Assembly: GCF_006345805.1 (NCBI RefSeq)
Contig: NC_042997.1
Coordinates: forward strand, 4,712,001-4,776,000
Direction of reading: 5' to 3'
From: Octopus sinensis
Lineage: Eukaryota
DNA length: 64,000 bases
The notes below the pieces were generated by a model. It saw only the letters and a list, made by a program, of their open reading frames with translations. It searched no databases and was not told where the DNA came from. Of this stretch, positions 1 through 14,413 are shown one piece after another. How positions within the stretch are numbered: the first letter of the stretch is position 1; each line of letters opens with the position of its first letter. The position numbers and the translations under genes are program-made.

Positions 1-148
1 TAGACGCGCGCTAATACCCAGAAGGGCTGGATATGACTCACGATTATAAGATACCCGGATTTGGTTACACTGCACCGCAAAATGTGGGAGTAGTTAGGAA
101 TCTAAATCGTAGGAGACAGACACACAACTTCACTCTTATATATAAAGA
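1..148 (-). mobile_element. Non-autonomous Helitron (family B), 5' part, cut by the window edge
   Basis: Closely matches about 1493-1637. The minus strand begins a|TCtttatata, the Helitron 5' TC motif. Confidence 0.75.
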
Positions 149-546
149 TATAAGTCACGTAGTTATATACACATACTCTGTTATATACACATTCTTAAAA
201 GAAAATGTTATTTTGAACAAAACATTTATAAAGAATAAAATATTTTTTTGTTTTTCTTAACCCATTCGTTACTATATTTCTGTTCAAAATACACCCCTTA
301 TGTGTTTCAATTATTTTCTAACGTAATCATAAATTTAGTCTGGTTTCATTAAACTTTTTTATTTATCAATATATTAATGTGATTTTTGGAAGATAATTTA
401 ATGAAATGTCCTCAACCAATTCTATACTATAATTTTTGTCACAAAGTGACTCTAATTGCAGGTAGATACAGGTAAATTCAACAATATATAAAATTATTAA
501 AATTTTGTTCAAACATCGCTATAGAAAATGGGTTATTAGCTAATAT

Positions 547-870
547 TCAATTGGGTATACAACAAAATTTTACGATAGAATTTGTTATTCTGGGTAACTT
601 TCTGATACCCATAATAATATTTATGGCAAAATAGGCCTTAATTTCATTTAAGGTTGTGGGAAACCACAAACTATCCTTTCTTTCGTTTTGTTTACGTTTA
701 GTGTAACAGTTCGTTTCTGCCGTAATGATTTCAAATGGGCTCATTCGAAAAAGTAAAAAGAAATAGTTTAAGGCTTTACTCTTCTGGGAAAGTCTGTGGC
801 TTGGTGCAGTTTCTTCAGAAAAATCACCGAAAGAAACAGTTTTTAAATTTTCACTCCATTCAGGTACCAA
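547..870 (-). pseudogene. piggyBac transposase (PGBD-like) N-terminal domain remnant
   Basis: Translation WSENLKTV...YFFLLF...IITAETNCY...WFPTTLNEIKAYFAINIIMGIRKLPRI fits the piggyBac F.LFF...IV.ETN.YA...W..TT..EI.AF.G..I.MG..KLP pattern, then truncates. Confidence 0.75.
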
Positions 871-912
871 TTCATTTTCTTAATCGCTGTCGGATTCACT
901 GTTTTCACTTTA

Positions 913-1225
913 ATAGCTGCAAACTTGCAAAGAGAAAGGAGGAGAAGGGTGATAGCGTCAGTGAAACAGTTTACTCCGTTTGTGTGTGTGTGCGTTTGCG
1001 TGTGGTGTAGCCCACGCTAAGAAAAACATTTGACATATACACCACAATGTGAGTTTTCTCTAAATTTTGCTTAATTGGGGTTGACATTTTAAAAACTGGA
1101 CGTGGCATGACCCGATGCATTCTACTCTTAAAAATGCTAGGTAAATTGTAATTGAAGAAATCCTATATTGTAGATTTCTATAAGATACAAAGGGAGGCAG
1201 ATAAAATCTGCCTTTTATAATAAGA
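913..1225 (-). mobile_element. Non-autonomous Helitron-like element (family A, copy 1)
   Basis: The minus strand starts a|TCttattataaaaggcagattttatctgcc, and about 250 bp are shared with 2245-2487. The 3' boundary is inferred from where piggyBac coding sequence resumes. Confidence 0.55.
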
Positions 1226-1243
1226 TATATATATATATATATA

Positions 1244-1637
1244 CTAGCAGTATCGCCCGGCGTTGCTCGGGTTTGTAAGGGAAATAACTATATAAGCATT
1301 TTTAGAGAGTTATAGCCAAAAAATAGCAAAAAAATGCATTAAAAATTGAAAAAAAATTAAGGTAATTTTTTTTTAAATCGTTGACACATCGTAGATATTT
1401 TTAGAGAGTTACTTCCCTTATATAAAAGCGAAAAAATGCATCAAAATGGAAAAATATGATGGTAAATTTTTTTTATATCGTAGACTCATCGTAGACGCGC
1501 GCTAATACCCAGAAGGGCTCGATATGAATCATGACTATAAGATACCCGCTTTTGGTTAAACTGCACCGCAAAATGTGGGAGTAGTTAGGAATCTAAATCG
1601 TAGGAGACAGACACACAACTTCACTCTTATATAAAGA
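1244..1637 (-). mobile_element. Complete non-autonomous Helitron (family B, 394 bp)
   Basis: The minus strand has a 5' TC, a 3' hairpin cccgagcaacgccggg and a terminal CTAG, inserted between A1243 and T1638. Confidence 0.85.
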
Positions 1638-1638
1638 T

Positions 1639-1737
1639 GCTTCTTTTTTCAGTCATAGAGTTAGATTTATGAAGGTCTTCAGTAGAAATTCCTTCGAATT
1701 CTGACTCGCTGCTTGATATAATGAAATTCGTATCCAT
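1639..1737 (-). pseudogene. Probable piggyBac transposase start (acidic N-terminus)
   Basis: MDTNFIISSSESEFEGISTEDL... lies about 225 bp inside the right TIR and stops at the Helitron B junction. An acidic SENSESDSD stretch resumes near 910. Confidence 0.5.
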
Positions 1738-2244
1738 TTTTTGTCAGAATTACAAATTTTGAAAACACAATAGGAACAAATTTCGGAAAAAAATCTCCCA
1801 TAATTCACGGAATTAAAATTACACTTCGATTTTTGTACAAAACTGTATTTGAAGTGTTTACGAAGTATAATACGGGTTTTCACAAATGTACTAAAGAGAA
1901 TTACTCTGATATTCTCATTTGAATATGAATAGGTAAATTCGGGCGGTTTGGTAACGAAAGGGTTAAACGGATGCATACATATATTAATAACTATATATAA
2001 ATGTCGTCTGTTTATACATAAACACTGTTTCATACTTTCAGTTTAGTCTTCCTCAAATCACTCTGTCGCTATTTACTCTCTTCCAAGAACATTTTCACTC
2101 ACTCTTATCTCTTAGCTTGCCATACATTTTACTCATGTATCTATCAGCGTGATAGACAGAAACAAATATTACATCGCCATCGCATTCTATTGTCTACCTG
2201 TCAACACACACACAGTGAATTAGTTTCAGTTTATTCGTTGCACA

Positions 2245-2487
2245 CTGTGTGTGTGCGTTTGCGTGTGCTGTAAACCAGACTAAGAAAAGCATTTGACATA
2301 CACACCAGAATGTGAGTTTTCTGTAAATTTTGCTTAATTGGAGTTTAAATTTTAAAATCTGGACCTGGCATGACCCGATGCATTCTACTCTTAAAATGCT
2401 AGGTAAATTGTAATTGAAGAAATCCTATATTGTAGATTTCTATAAGTGACAAATGGAGGCAGATAAAATCTGCCTTTTATAATAAGA
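2245..2487 (-). mobile_element. Helitron-like family A, copy 2 (shared 5' segment)
   Basis: Similar to about 975-1225, including the ggcagataaaatctgcc palindrome and TC terminus. The 3' boundary is unresolved. Confidence 0.55.
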
Positions 2488-2574
2488 TAATAAGATATAT
2501 ATATATATATAATGTTTCCTTGGAAAGAAACTTATGCATTTCTTGCAAACCTAAGAAATACCTACGCGTGCGCG

Positions 2575-2657
2575 CACACATACACACTCACATAAATGTA
2601 TGTATACATACATATTAATATATATACATACATATATTTAGGTATATATATATATAT

Positions 2658-2714
<57 letters not shown>

Positions 2715-2730
2715 TAAATATGTATGTATA
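2575..2730. repeat. (TA)n/(CA)n microsatellite
   Basis: Seen directly. Confidence 0.95.
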
Positions 2731-3174
2731 TAATGTTTGTAGCCAAAATATCGGATGCAGCTGTGCATCGTTAACCAGCTGAAAGTGGTATTCTCTTAGT
2801 GTAAAGCACCGCAGTGAGGTCCATTCGAACGGAACTGCTATGTTGATGCGGCTACGAACATTATTAGCTAGTACAACTACTACGTCCTGCTCTTACAATG
2901 AATTTAGTACTAGCTATTTTGTGACATATATCTATATATTTATACATGAATTTACTTAACACAATTTACAAACTCTATGCTTGGAATGACCAATTTCAAA
3001 TACTATTGGAACTTTATCACAAGAGAAAGGAATCTTATATATATACCATTCTGCATAAATAATGGAACTGAAGATACTAAATCCCTGCATATCTCGTGTA
3101 TTTTCGTTCCTCCACTTCAATCTATATTTCATATCTTATGTATAATAACTATTGCTTAACCATCTTCTCATAAC

Positions 3175-3222
3175 GTCTCCGATGAAGGGATATATAAAAT
3201 ATCCGGGAAACAGCTGTAAGAC
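3175..3222 (+). ncRNA. Minimal type I hammerhead-ribozyme fold (U4C core variant) at a PLE-type 3' end
   Basis: gtct CCGATGA ag ggatat-ataaa-atatcc gg GAAA CAGCTG TA agac. Stem I is gtct/agac, stem II is 6 bp, and stem III is the palindrome ACAGCTGT. A (TA)n tract follows about 80 nt downstream. Confidence 0.55.
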
Positions 3223-3310
3223 CTTCTACCTATAAATGTTCGGAAAAGCTTTCATAACCTTGGAATTTTATCTCATTCTGTTAATTTTTATATTAATTTA
3301 TATATATATG

Positions 3311-3388
<78 letters not shown>

Positions 3389-3390
<2 letters not shown>

Positions 3391-4300
3391 CCCCAACTAT
3401 GCGAATATGTTCGTTGGCTACGTTGAGGCCCAAATATTCTCAAGTTTCACTGGTCCCACTCCAAACACTACGGCTTTTACTTTGACGACTCTATCGGTGC
3501 GACCTCACTCACCCGCGAACATCTAGACTTCTTTCTCTCTTTTGTCAAATCTTTCCATCCTGCCCTCCACTTCTACTGCACTACCTCTGACACCTCTGTC
3601 TCCTTTCTTGACATTTCGGTCAGCATTCATTACTCCACTCTCACCACCTCCATCCACTACCAACACACAGACTCACACTCATAACTCAACTTCTCCCCCC
3701 TCAAACAACGAAGCTCTCCATCCCCTATTCCCAATTCCTTCGTTTACGCCGGATCTGCAGTGACGACCATGACGTTGAGACTCAGCCTCAACTCATAGCT
3801 CGCCACTTCATCCTACGTGGATATCCCCTCAACAATATCCCCTCTGGTCTTGCCAGAGCACGTTCTGTGGATTGTACATCTGCTCCCTCCCCTCGCACCA
3901 GTCCCGTCTCGTGTTTCCCCTCACCTACCACCTCACCACCCTACCTCTCCACCGCACCATTTTCCGAGCCTTCTGGTCTGGTGACTCCAGTCTGACTCCT
4001 CCACTTCGCACATCTTCTCTAATGGACCCCTCACCTCTTTCAAACGATCCCACAACATACGAGACCTCTTGGTACATAGCTTCGTCCCTAACCCAACCTT
4101 CCAACCTGGCTCGTTCCCCTACTCCCGCTCTAGATGCCAGACATACCCTTACCCCTCTAACACCACCCACCTCACCGGCACCCATCTTCGACCCTATCTC
4201 ATCACCGACTGCTTCCACTGCACTACTACCAATGGATTATATTTTTAATTAAACGTTTAATTTCACATTCTTTTCTGATCTATATCAAGCAACAAATATT
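3389..4300 (+). mobile_element. Penelope-like element remnant (RT C-terminal half and linker; frameshifted)
   Basis: [17 protein letters not shown]...YFDDSIG...FVKSFHPALHF...SFLDISV...RGYP...SFKRSHNIRDLLVHS, read across frames. It begins directly after (TA)n at 3300-3388. Confidence 0.8.
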
Positions 4301-6419
4301 GTCTTCCTATCCCCTTCCTACGTAGGCCACAATGTATATTTATGTAAATTTCCATTCTCAATTTCGTTGTGGAACGTGTAATTTACAGACATGTTTTCAT
4401 TTTCACAAAGGTACAGTAAGTTCTGAACTTCGTATAATACTACTTCAACATATTTTGTTTGCGTCTGTTAGTCACGACTGCTTCAGTAAATTTACTAGTA
4501 ATTGTGCTCTATGCATCTACTTAAAATCGTTGTTTGTGGACATAACTACAACGATTTAATCTAGTAGCTCAATTTTCAATATATAGCTACTAGGGTTTTG
4601 CGCATAAATCTCACGTATTGAATATTTCGCTTTCGTAAGATTTATATGAACGGTCAGACATGGTGAATGCGAGAAGACTACAATTTTTCTATCCCAGCCT
4701 AATTTTCGGCCACAACTTCTTAGATGACGGTGGTGTATCATTAAACCTTCCACCAGATGTTATTACGTCCACGTAACTGCAAGGAAGAAGAAGGAAATGA
4801 TAATCACTTTAATGGCGAATAATATAACGATGAAGAAGATCAAAGATGATAACGATGAAGAAGATCAAAAATGAAAGTGATGCGGGGGAACAAGAGTAGG
4901 AGAAAGCCTAAGAGATTATAATGTGAAGCAAAATATATATCCAGTTATCAGATATGGTTCTGATATACGGCAAATAAAAGAATGGATACAGCTTCAAACA
5001 GAATAATAAAGTGATTTACTTTGAATTTGAAAAATAGGTTCCCACATTAAGGTTGACATATTTTCCCTCTAATGTAGCGGATGCAATCGATGTGCCTAAA
5101 ATAAAAATACACTTGTTTAGTAATAAACTTAAATCTATCTAATATTTTTGAAGAATTACTCACATCCATCTTTTGGAAGATTGGTTATTAATGTGTAAAG
5201 CCATCATTAGAAAATTGTAAACCCACAAAGACATCATGAAAGAAGACTCTAGTTGGATGGAATCTAATATTTCTAATTACACATTTCCCCCGTGATTCAG
5301 TATGATTATATATCACTATATTGCTGATAGTATATCACCTGTTTCTCGATATAAATGATGATCATAACACTTTTCAAGGTACTTAGTCGTTCCTTATAAT
5401 GTTATGTTCTAGGCCACATTACATGATGCACATAACGAAATGACACACTTTTAATTCAAGTGGGAGAACAGGTAATAAGGGAACATAAAAGGTATTTTAC
5501 TATTCTTTATTTGGTATATTTTCTTATTATTTTACAGTTTCACATTTTTGTGCATCACACATTATAGTCTCACATTAACATATCCTGCAGAACGTTTTCA
5601 TCACATTTTTTTTTTAATTCAAACAAGATTCGAGCCCGAGGATGACAGTATTTGTTTTTGTTCACAAAAAATATGATTGTGTTTTAAAGTTTTCCTGGGT
5701 AATAATCAGTAACAATATTTATTTATTTTTATATTGAAACACATGAGAAACGAATCTAATGCCCTTGAGTGAATATTGAAAAGTTTTTTTTTTAACTTAA
5801 TTTTTATCACACTGTGTTTAATCGTTGCAGGATCGTCGAAATACTGACACTGTACATTTTATTCTCACATTATTTAATGCAGTTCCATTTGAACGAAATT
5901 AAAGACGTGAAACAGCTAAACAAAATGAAAGAAAATGTCAAGTGTTTACATTCAAACTAGAGAAGTCAAATGAAGAACGGAACACTAGAATATATGAGTC
6001 CACTCATACAGAGAAATCAAAGCAACAATTTTGTACAAGAGTGACTTGGATACCTACATAACAAGTACGAGGAAGAGGCATGAAATAAATTAATTTTATA
6101 CTAATTATATACTCTATTATGTAGATCACTCAGCAAAATAATTTTAAGGATCAACAATGGGCAAGAAAACGAGGAGTATGATATTTTCAATCAAGAAGAC
6201 AACATCACGGCAGATTTTGTATTCCTATGAAATGATACAGAAATTAAAAGCTGCAGCTGAATCCCAGAGCCTCGCAAGATATGAAAGGACCTTTCTTTAA
6301 TGTTAAACAGTGACTGAAAAAATAGTATATAGTCTGTAATTATAGCTACTATAATTTTCCCTTCCATAACCAGTCATATTATTGTATGCCGTTGAGGGTG
6401 TAACGCCTAGTATTTAGGT

Positions 6420-6520
6420 TTTGCACACATGTGGTTTCAATTCCTGGACCAGTTGATGCGCTGTTTCTGAGCAAAACGATTAATTTCACATTGCTGTGCA
6501 CTCACATCAACACCGCTCAT
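6420..6520 (+). mobile_element. Degenerate tRNA-derived SINE fragment
   Basis: B-box-like ggtttcaattcctgg followed by ctgagcaaaacgattaatttcacattgct, resembling a SINE core. Weak. Confidence 0.3.
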
Positions 6521-7674
6521 ATGGTGCACAGTGCACCTGTTCAACCAATGCCGATTTTATGGTGGGTGCAAACTAATGCACAGGGCATAAACTTAAACAC
6601 TATAAACATCGTTTGTGCAAGTTTTTCAGAAATTGTAGAGCATTAAATCTCGTACTACGAGAGATTGCCACCACGAACACCACCACCACTATCATACACA
6701 TCATCATGAACGTTGTCGTCGTCATCATCATCGTCATTATACATTGAATGTAGTGTATATACATATATGTGTGTTTGCATGTATGAAAGGTTTCAGGGCC
6801 CGTGATGAGTTTCAAAATATTAGAAGAAGCCAGGGAAAAAATGGAGTTTATTCTGTTATGAGGGTTCAAATCGGGTCTTGAATGGATTAAACACCTGTTG
6901 AGCAAAGCAAGATTTCATATGTTTATGCTAATCTGTAATTCGAAGAAATATTACAAACAACACATAATATTTTGACAGAATTCCACGTAGTTTTCAAAAT
7001 AATATATTTCATATTTTTGTTACAACCAATGGTAAATAACGGAACATCTATAAATGAGTAAAACTTATATTTCGCTGTATGAAATTAAGAAAACAGTATC
7101 ATTTCTAGAATTAATTTATAATAGATTAAAATATAGATAAAACTATAACAATCAGATAAATTTGAGATACTAGAAAGAAATGAATTTACATTTACAAGGA
7201 ATAACAGGGTGTGTAAAATAAGAAAATAATAACTTTTAAGTTAACTAGTGGCAACTATTTATATCATACGATTTTCGTGGCAAAGGATTTTTAAACATAA
7301 AATGTGAATATAAATCATGTGACTAAATGATCAAGTACACATACCCCGTAAAGATGATTAAATTATTCAATGTTGCCTTAAGAGGAATTGAATTAAATTG
7401 AAACACAACTTTAAAAGAATATATAGTTATCTAATATAAAATAAAATTAATTAAATGCAGTTTCATATGAATTGGAAATGTCGATTTACTATGTATAGTA
7501 CACAGCAAATTATTGCATGAAATGCATAACTAATGAGACCACATACCAGCATTCATAAAATATTTTTGATTTTCAGTACTTGTAATTCGTTTACGGCGTC
7601 ATAGTCTATCAAACAATAGTTATTCTGGGAAATTCCTATATGCAAATCAGAGCTAAAGGAATACTTGCATCTAC

Positions 7675-8030
<356 letters not shown>

Positions 8031-10099
8031 TCTGTATATTAGGAGTATGATTGATTTATGGAATGAAACAATACAAATCCAATCTTATTTGTCAAAAATG
8101 GAGGAGATAAAATGTTAAAAAGTTCTAAGAAGTTTATTCATGCATATAATCATTTCGTACATAGATATAACTTCATTTTAGAATTTGCAAATATCAAAGT
8201 AATCATCAGTGCATAGAAAAATAATAGGAACTTAAAAAAAGAGCAGAGAAGTTGAATCTCCTAGTTTCATGTTTATTCGTTCCTATCTATGTGTTATAGT
8301 GATGGAGGTCATGTCAATTATTAACCACAACTAACGGTTGAAAGGTTAGGGAACGTTAAAGATATAGAGATATCGATAACTTTCTCTCTATAGATTAGTA
8401 TAGATTTGCTAATCGAATCTCCATATATGCAGTATAGGCGAGCTAGAGAAATATCCAATGAGAAATGGTTACCTAATGTAAATTAAATCTGTTGAAAACA
8501 ATACTTGGTATTTTTTATATCATAAGCAGAAGATGGTCTATCGTAAAAAATTACGGTTGTAAAGCTTACACTACAAAGTTAATATAGTCAGTTATTAAAT
8601 ATATACGGTAGGAGGAGGAATTAAAATGAATGCGGTGGATGGGTATTAAGGATTCTTGTTTACTCAAGATAAATATTATGGTAACTGGGAAGCACAATAA
8701 AGGAGAAAAGGAATAAATGTGAAATTCAATCGAAAAATATGACGATTAACGTTGCATTATATTCACAAAGTCTATTGTTAATAAGAGAGATTTTTAAAAA
8801 TTATAGATGTAGTAAGAAGAAAATAAAGAAGCGATACGTTAATAAATTAGAGAGGGTGAAAAGGAAACGAAATGTTACTAGTGTAGGGGAGATAAATAAA
8901 AGAAATAAATTACCCTATCGTTTCTATATTTTTCCTCTTTCTATATCTCCTGAAATGCTTTTGTAATATCTCTCTTTTTAACAATTGACTTCGTAAGTAT
9001 AATACATCATTAATCGTCATATTTCTAATTGAATTACCACTACTCCTCATTTTCTCTTTCATTATAATTCCATGTTAAATAAGGATCTTGAGTAAATAAG
9101 AATTTTTATTACACATATACTTCATTCTCTTTAATTCATCCTCCACCCTTTATATTTTCATAAATGACGACATTAACTCTCTAGAGTAGGCATTAAAGAC
9201 ATGTTTTACGCTAAACTTTGTTCATATTTATATTATTTTTACAAAAAATACTATGTTTTGTACGGTTAGACTTAATTTACATTAGGTAATTTTTTTCTAA
9301 TTGGACACACACACACGCACTCACACACACACACACACACCACACACACACACACACACCACACACACACACATATATATATATATACATGTGACAGTGT
9401 TGGGGTTTTTACTTTGTATTGGAATGAGCATATGATTCCGCTTCTATGGAAATAGGTTGACGATTCTGTGTTTTCATATGTAATATTCCCCTACGAATGA
9501 GTACAATTATTGTAGGCTAACAGAGGGAAATTTTTTTTTTACATTTCTCAAAGATATGTGAACAAAAGGAAAAGGACATCTGGAAGCGGCGAGAGAATAA
9601 TGTTGTAGACTGTGTGGGCCCATCTGACCCAGCGTTTATTTTGTTCATAGAAATGTTTTGAATAGCACGTACTTGATTATAGAGATTATGGAAAATTCAA
9701 ATGAATAATAATTTTGTCTTTTATGTATTTCAAGAAAGTCTACTTCAATCAGAAACCAGTAAAGCAGTATTTCTTTTAATATACATTATACGAACAGACT
9801 TGCTGATAATAAACTCAATGCCTCGGATGCGGAATGCCTTTAAAGGCAGTCCTACTATATCATCTAAGCATATTTAATTCTGTCGGTGACCACTTTTATA
9901 TATCTCAGTTCAAATGGGTTTGCCTTGATGAGACCGATTTGCTTACTTCGCAGTTGCTAATCTTCCTGGGAAGAGTTATGTTCGCAGTCTCCTCCCACAT
10001 TTGTATGAGAAATAGCATGATTGGTGTGTGGCTGTACTAGTTGTTATGTTTGGATTTGCCTCTCATTTTTTTACAATAATTTTATTGTTAGTCGATGTG

Positions 10100-10380
10100 G
10101 CGTAATAGGTTATACAAAGACGAAACAAGACGCCCCCTCAAAATAAGTGTAGAGAAACATCACAAAGCTGTGACATGGGGAGATATTGATAAATCGGTTA
10201 TAGCTGATCATATACGAAAAATGGAGCCCACCTACCATAATCCCGGGGGACGGAAGATACACCGGGGGACGAAGATACTCTGGGGGACGTTTAAGATGTA
10301 AGAACGATAAAAGAGAGCTCTGCAATCTATCCACAAACATCGAAAACAAGGACATCGTATGGAGCCAAAGATTTACTAAC
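10100..10380 (+). pseudogene. GIY-YIG endonuclease fragment of a Penelope-like element
   Basis: YKDETRRPLKISVEKHHKAVTWGDIDKSVIADHI resembles the PLE YIGET.R.L..R..EH..A...G...KS.IA.H segment. Confidence 0.5.
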
Positions 10381-10449
10381 AAAGGATTGGACTGTACCGG
10401 AGTAAGTAATACTCATTGAAATTTATTACTATTTTCGAAACGAAATGAT

Positions 10450-13400
10450 GTATTTTGACTCGATATCATCTCCACCTCAAACACAACACATATAAACATG
10501 CGTGATACATTACGATCCATCAACACCAGATCATCCCCGACCCCAAACATCATGTACAAAGGAACTACGAAGAAATTAAATACCACCGATATTATTCAAC
10601 CCAAGAATAACAATCGGGAGGTACGTACTTGAAACTTACAACACAAAATGTACGAAAAACTACACGTGCAAAACAATGTGACAACAGAAATGAACGAACC
10701 GGTACCCTACGAAAATGACGACCGTCAAAATAATGGACCGGACGCTGTTCCTCATGTCCCGCAAATAAAACCCAAAAGACATAAATGGACACGTGAGGAA
10801 TACATTTCTATCCTACACGCATATTTCACAACAGTGCTCTACCCAAAAAATGAAAACACAACACATGCATATAAAATCTGGAAGGAAAATAACATAAATA
10901 TAGGCTTGGATACAGCAATGAACCCTAATAAACTAGCTAATTCTCAACGCAAAAAAATAGAAATAGAACTAGAAAATCTAAAAAATAGAAATAGAACATC
11001 TAAAAGAAAAAAATACACCAAGAAAATGTAGATAGAAGCGACACAACAATGCCCAATAATATAAACACTGAAACGGTAAAACACGAAGACAAACGTAACA
11101 TTTCCAACAAACACGATGTAAACAAAAAACAACAAACCCAGACCGTAAGGATGCATGATAATACACGACAAACAGCAAGCAAAAACAGGGCAAACAAACA
11201 TATAAATAAGAAAGAAAGCGACACAGATCTAAAATCTGAAAGCAACGAAGGGGAGCCTAATGATTATGATAATATAAAAAGTAAAATAGTCAAAGAACTG
11301 AAAACCACAGAGCTCAAAATGGACCAACGACTATACCTCCCAAAAATTAAAATAGACGAAACAACAACACCAATTATAAACAGCATAAACCTAGTAGTCA
11401 CGGAACTAATAGCCACTGAAACAAAAAGCGATATCACTGAGCTAAATGACTTAGTATACGCAGCAACCACTGCAGCCAAAAAGAAGCTGGATACTCACTC
11501 AAACCCATCCAAACAGGAGTACCACCACCCAAACAAACCTTGTGGATAAATAACATCCAAAACAAAATACAAAAAATGAGAAACGATCTGTCGATTCTTA
11601 ATGAAATCAGTAGACAATCAACGTTACAGAGCAACAAAAAGAAAACAAAAATACTCCGCAAATATAACATCACAGAAAAAGATTTAACTGAGATAAAAGA
11701 AAAGCTGAAGCAAGATATCCTTGCCAAAGCACAAAGGATACACCGGCACGAGAAACGCCAGCGATTCTTTGAACAAGGCAAAAAGTTAAACTCCAACCCC
11801 CAAAAGTTCTACCAAGAACTTGGCAAAAATAAAATAGAAATCAGTGCAGCACGAACGGCAGGAGAAGTGGAAGAATTCTGGAAAGAAATATGATCGGCGA
11901 ACAAACAACAAAAAAAAGGAGTATTAAAACAACAAACTCAGCATCTGAGCAACTTTGGACCCCCATAACAATTGAAGAGGTCACCCAGGCACTGAAAAAA
12001 CAAAGCAACTGGAAGGCACCTGGGCATGACAAGATCCCCAAATTCTGGTTGAAATATCTAACAGGAATGCACAAAAAGCTGGCTGAAAAATTTAACAACA
12101 TACTAGTAGAGCCAGAGACAATGCCTGAATGGCTCACGAAGAGGAAAACTGTCTTAATTCCCAAACCAAATAAGACAGCAAATCCAGAGACCTACAGACT
12201 TGACTCCCTACAATATACAAGGCATTTACTGCAGTACTATCGCAAAGGTTGAACGAGCACCTAGACGAAAACAACCTGTTTCCAGAAGAGTAGAAAGGAT
12301 GGCGCAAAGGCTCATATGGCTGTAAAGTTCAACTAATGATAAATAAACCCATAACTGAAGACAACCGTAGAAAGAAGAAAGACATCAGTATGGCCAGGAT
12401 CGACTACAAAAAGGCGTTTGATAGCATCCCCACTCATGGATCCTCGAAACACTAGCCATTAACAACGTAGCACCAACAATTATAAAATTCATAGGGCACG
12501 CTATGAATAAATGGCAAACAGTGCTACAGCTCCAAACAAAAGAGGGACTCATGAAAACCAAAGACATCCCCATTAGAAGAGGAATATTCCAGAGAGACAC
12601 GCTCTCTCCACTCCTTTTCTGCTTGGCACTGTCACCTCTATCTGATATGCTAAATAGAACTGGATGCAGATATAAATGTTACGGCAAAACGATCAGTCAC
12701 CTTTTATATATGAATGACCTAAAACTATACGCTGTTAATGACAAACAGCTAGAAACACTATTAAAGACAGTTCATGGATTCACCAAAGAAATCGATATGA
12801 AATGTGGATTAGAAAAATTTGCCAAAGTAGCCATGAAAAAAGAAAACTAGTTAAGAGTAGCAACATCACACTAGATAAAACCAATGAAATACAAGAATTA
12901 GACCAAAGCCAAACTTACAAATACTTAGGAATCCATGAACTAGATAAGACACAACACACACAAATAAAAGACAAAATAAAAAAAAGAATATTATAGACGA
13001 GTTAGATCAATACTAAAAACAGAGCTCAATGCTAAAAACAAGATAATAGGTATTAACACTTTAGCTGTCCCAGTTATAAGTTACAGCTACAATATCCTTA
13101 TCTGGACACTAAACGAACTGACCAAAATAGATAGGAAAACATGAAAAATAATGACAGGATTTAGGATGCGTCACCCAAAATCTGACAGAGAAAATTATAT
13201 ATACAACGTATAGAAGGTGGTAGAGGCCTTATACACCTGGAAAACTACTATAAAATAACCACCATAGGACTGCAAAATTATCTACTTCAGAACGAAGGAA
13301 AACTGATACAAATATCGGCAAAACACGAGCAAAACAAAAAACTGTTCTCAGTATTTAGGAAGCTGACAAATACAAACAAAAAATCATACCACCTAATAAA

Positions 13401-14347
13401 TACGAAAAGATAAAGAAACCACAAAAGCTATAAAACTAATGAAATCCACACTAAAAATTGAACAGCAACGAACCATGATAAAACGATGGCAAGAAAAGCC
13501 CCTTCATGGTAAATACTGGATTAACTAAATGAAAAAGAAATAGACAAAGGAAAATCCCAGCAATGGTTGAGAAGCTCAGGACTCAAAGCAGAGACAGAGG
13601 GATTATTATTTGAAGCAAAAGACTAAAGCCTCTCCACCAAAAATTACCAAAAACATGTAACGAAAAGAAATATAACAAGTAACTGCAGAATATGTGGAGA
13701 TGGACAAGAAAAAATAAATCATATTATCTCTGGCTGCCCAGTCCTGGCTAAGAGGAAATATATACACAGACACGAGAGTGTTGGAACCTACATACACTGG
13801 AAGCTATGCCGAAATTATGGAATAACAACAGGAAATAGATGGTATAGGCACACACCAGAAAAGGTCACAGAAAATTAGAAAGCAACCATACACTGGGATA
13901 TGCCGATGCACACAGATAGAGAAATTAAGGCCAACAGACCAGATATAGTTGTCAGATACTATGAAGAAAAAAAATGCTTTCTAATTGATGTATCAATACC
14001 GGCAGATGACAACGTTTCTCTAAAAGAAAAGGAGAAACTTTCAAAATACAAAGACCTGGAAATAGAGGTAAACAGAATGTGGAATCTAAAAACAGAAACA
14101 ATTCCTATCATAGTAGGTGCATTAGGCATGATAAAAAAATATTCAGACAAATACATAACAAAAACCCTAGAACTTACAAACACATATAACATACAGAAAA
14201 TTGCACTACTATGCACTGCACACATCCTACGCAGAACACTTTCCATACAATAACCATCAGAGCATCACAACAAATCACAGCACATACGTAAGGCACACAG
14301 AACTGCGCTCGGTAGTGAGGTGAAAGCACTGAATAAAAATGAAACTA

Positions 14348-14350
<3 letters not shown>
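10450..14350 (+). mobile_element. Near full-length, frameshifted R4/Dong-clade non-LTR retrotransposon (RT + CCHC + RLE), copy 1
   Basis: N-terminal RHKWTREEYISILHAY, then NWKAPGHDKIPKFWLK, YKKAFDS, IRRGIFQRDTLSPLLFCLAL, LYMNDLKLY, CRICGDGQEKINHIISGC and NRPDIVV...LIDVSIP...KEKEKLSKYKDL. It ends in a (TAA)n tail. The 5' boundary is approximate. Confidence 0.9.

Positions 14351-14413
<63 letters not shown>

Larger units (their letters stand above)
261..1962 (-). mobile_element. Internally deleted piggyBac element with nested Helitrons
   Basis: TTAA at 257-260 and 1963-1966 flanks imperfect TIRs (cccattcgttac / gtaacgaaaggg). Transposase remnants lie inside on the minus strand. Confidence 0.8.
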
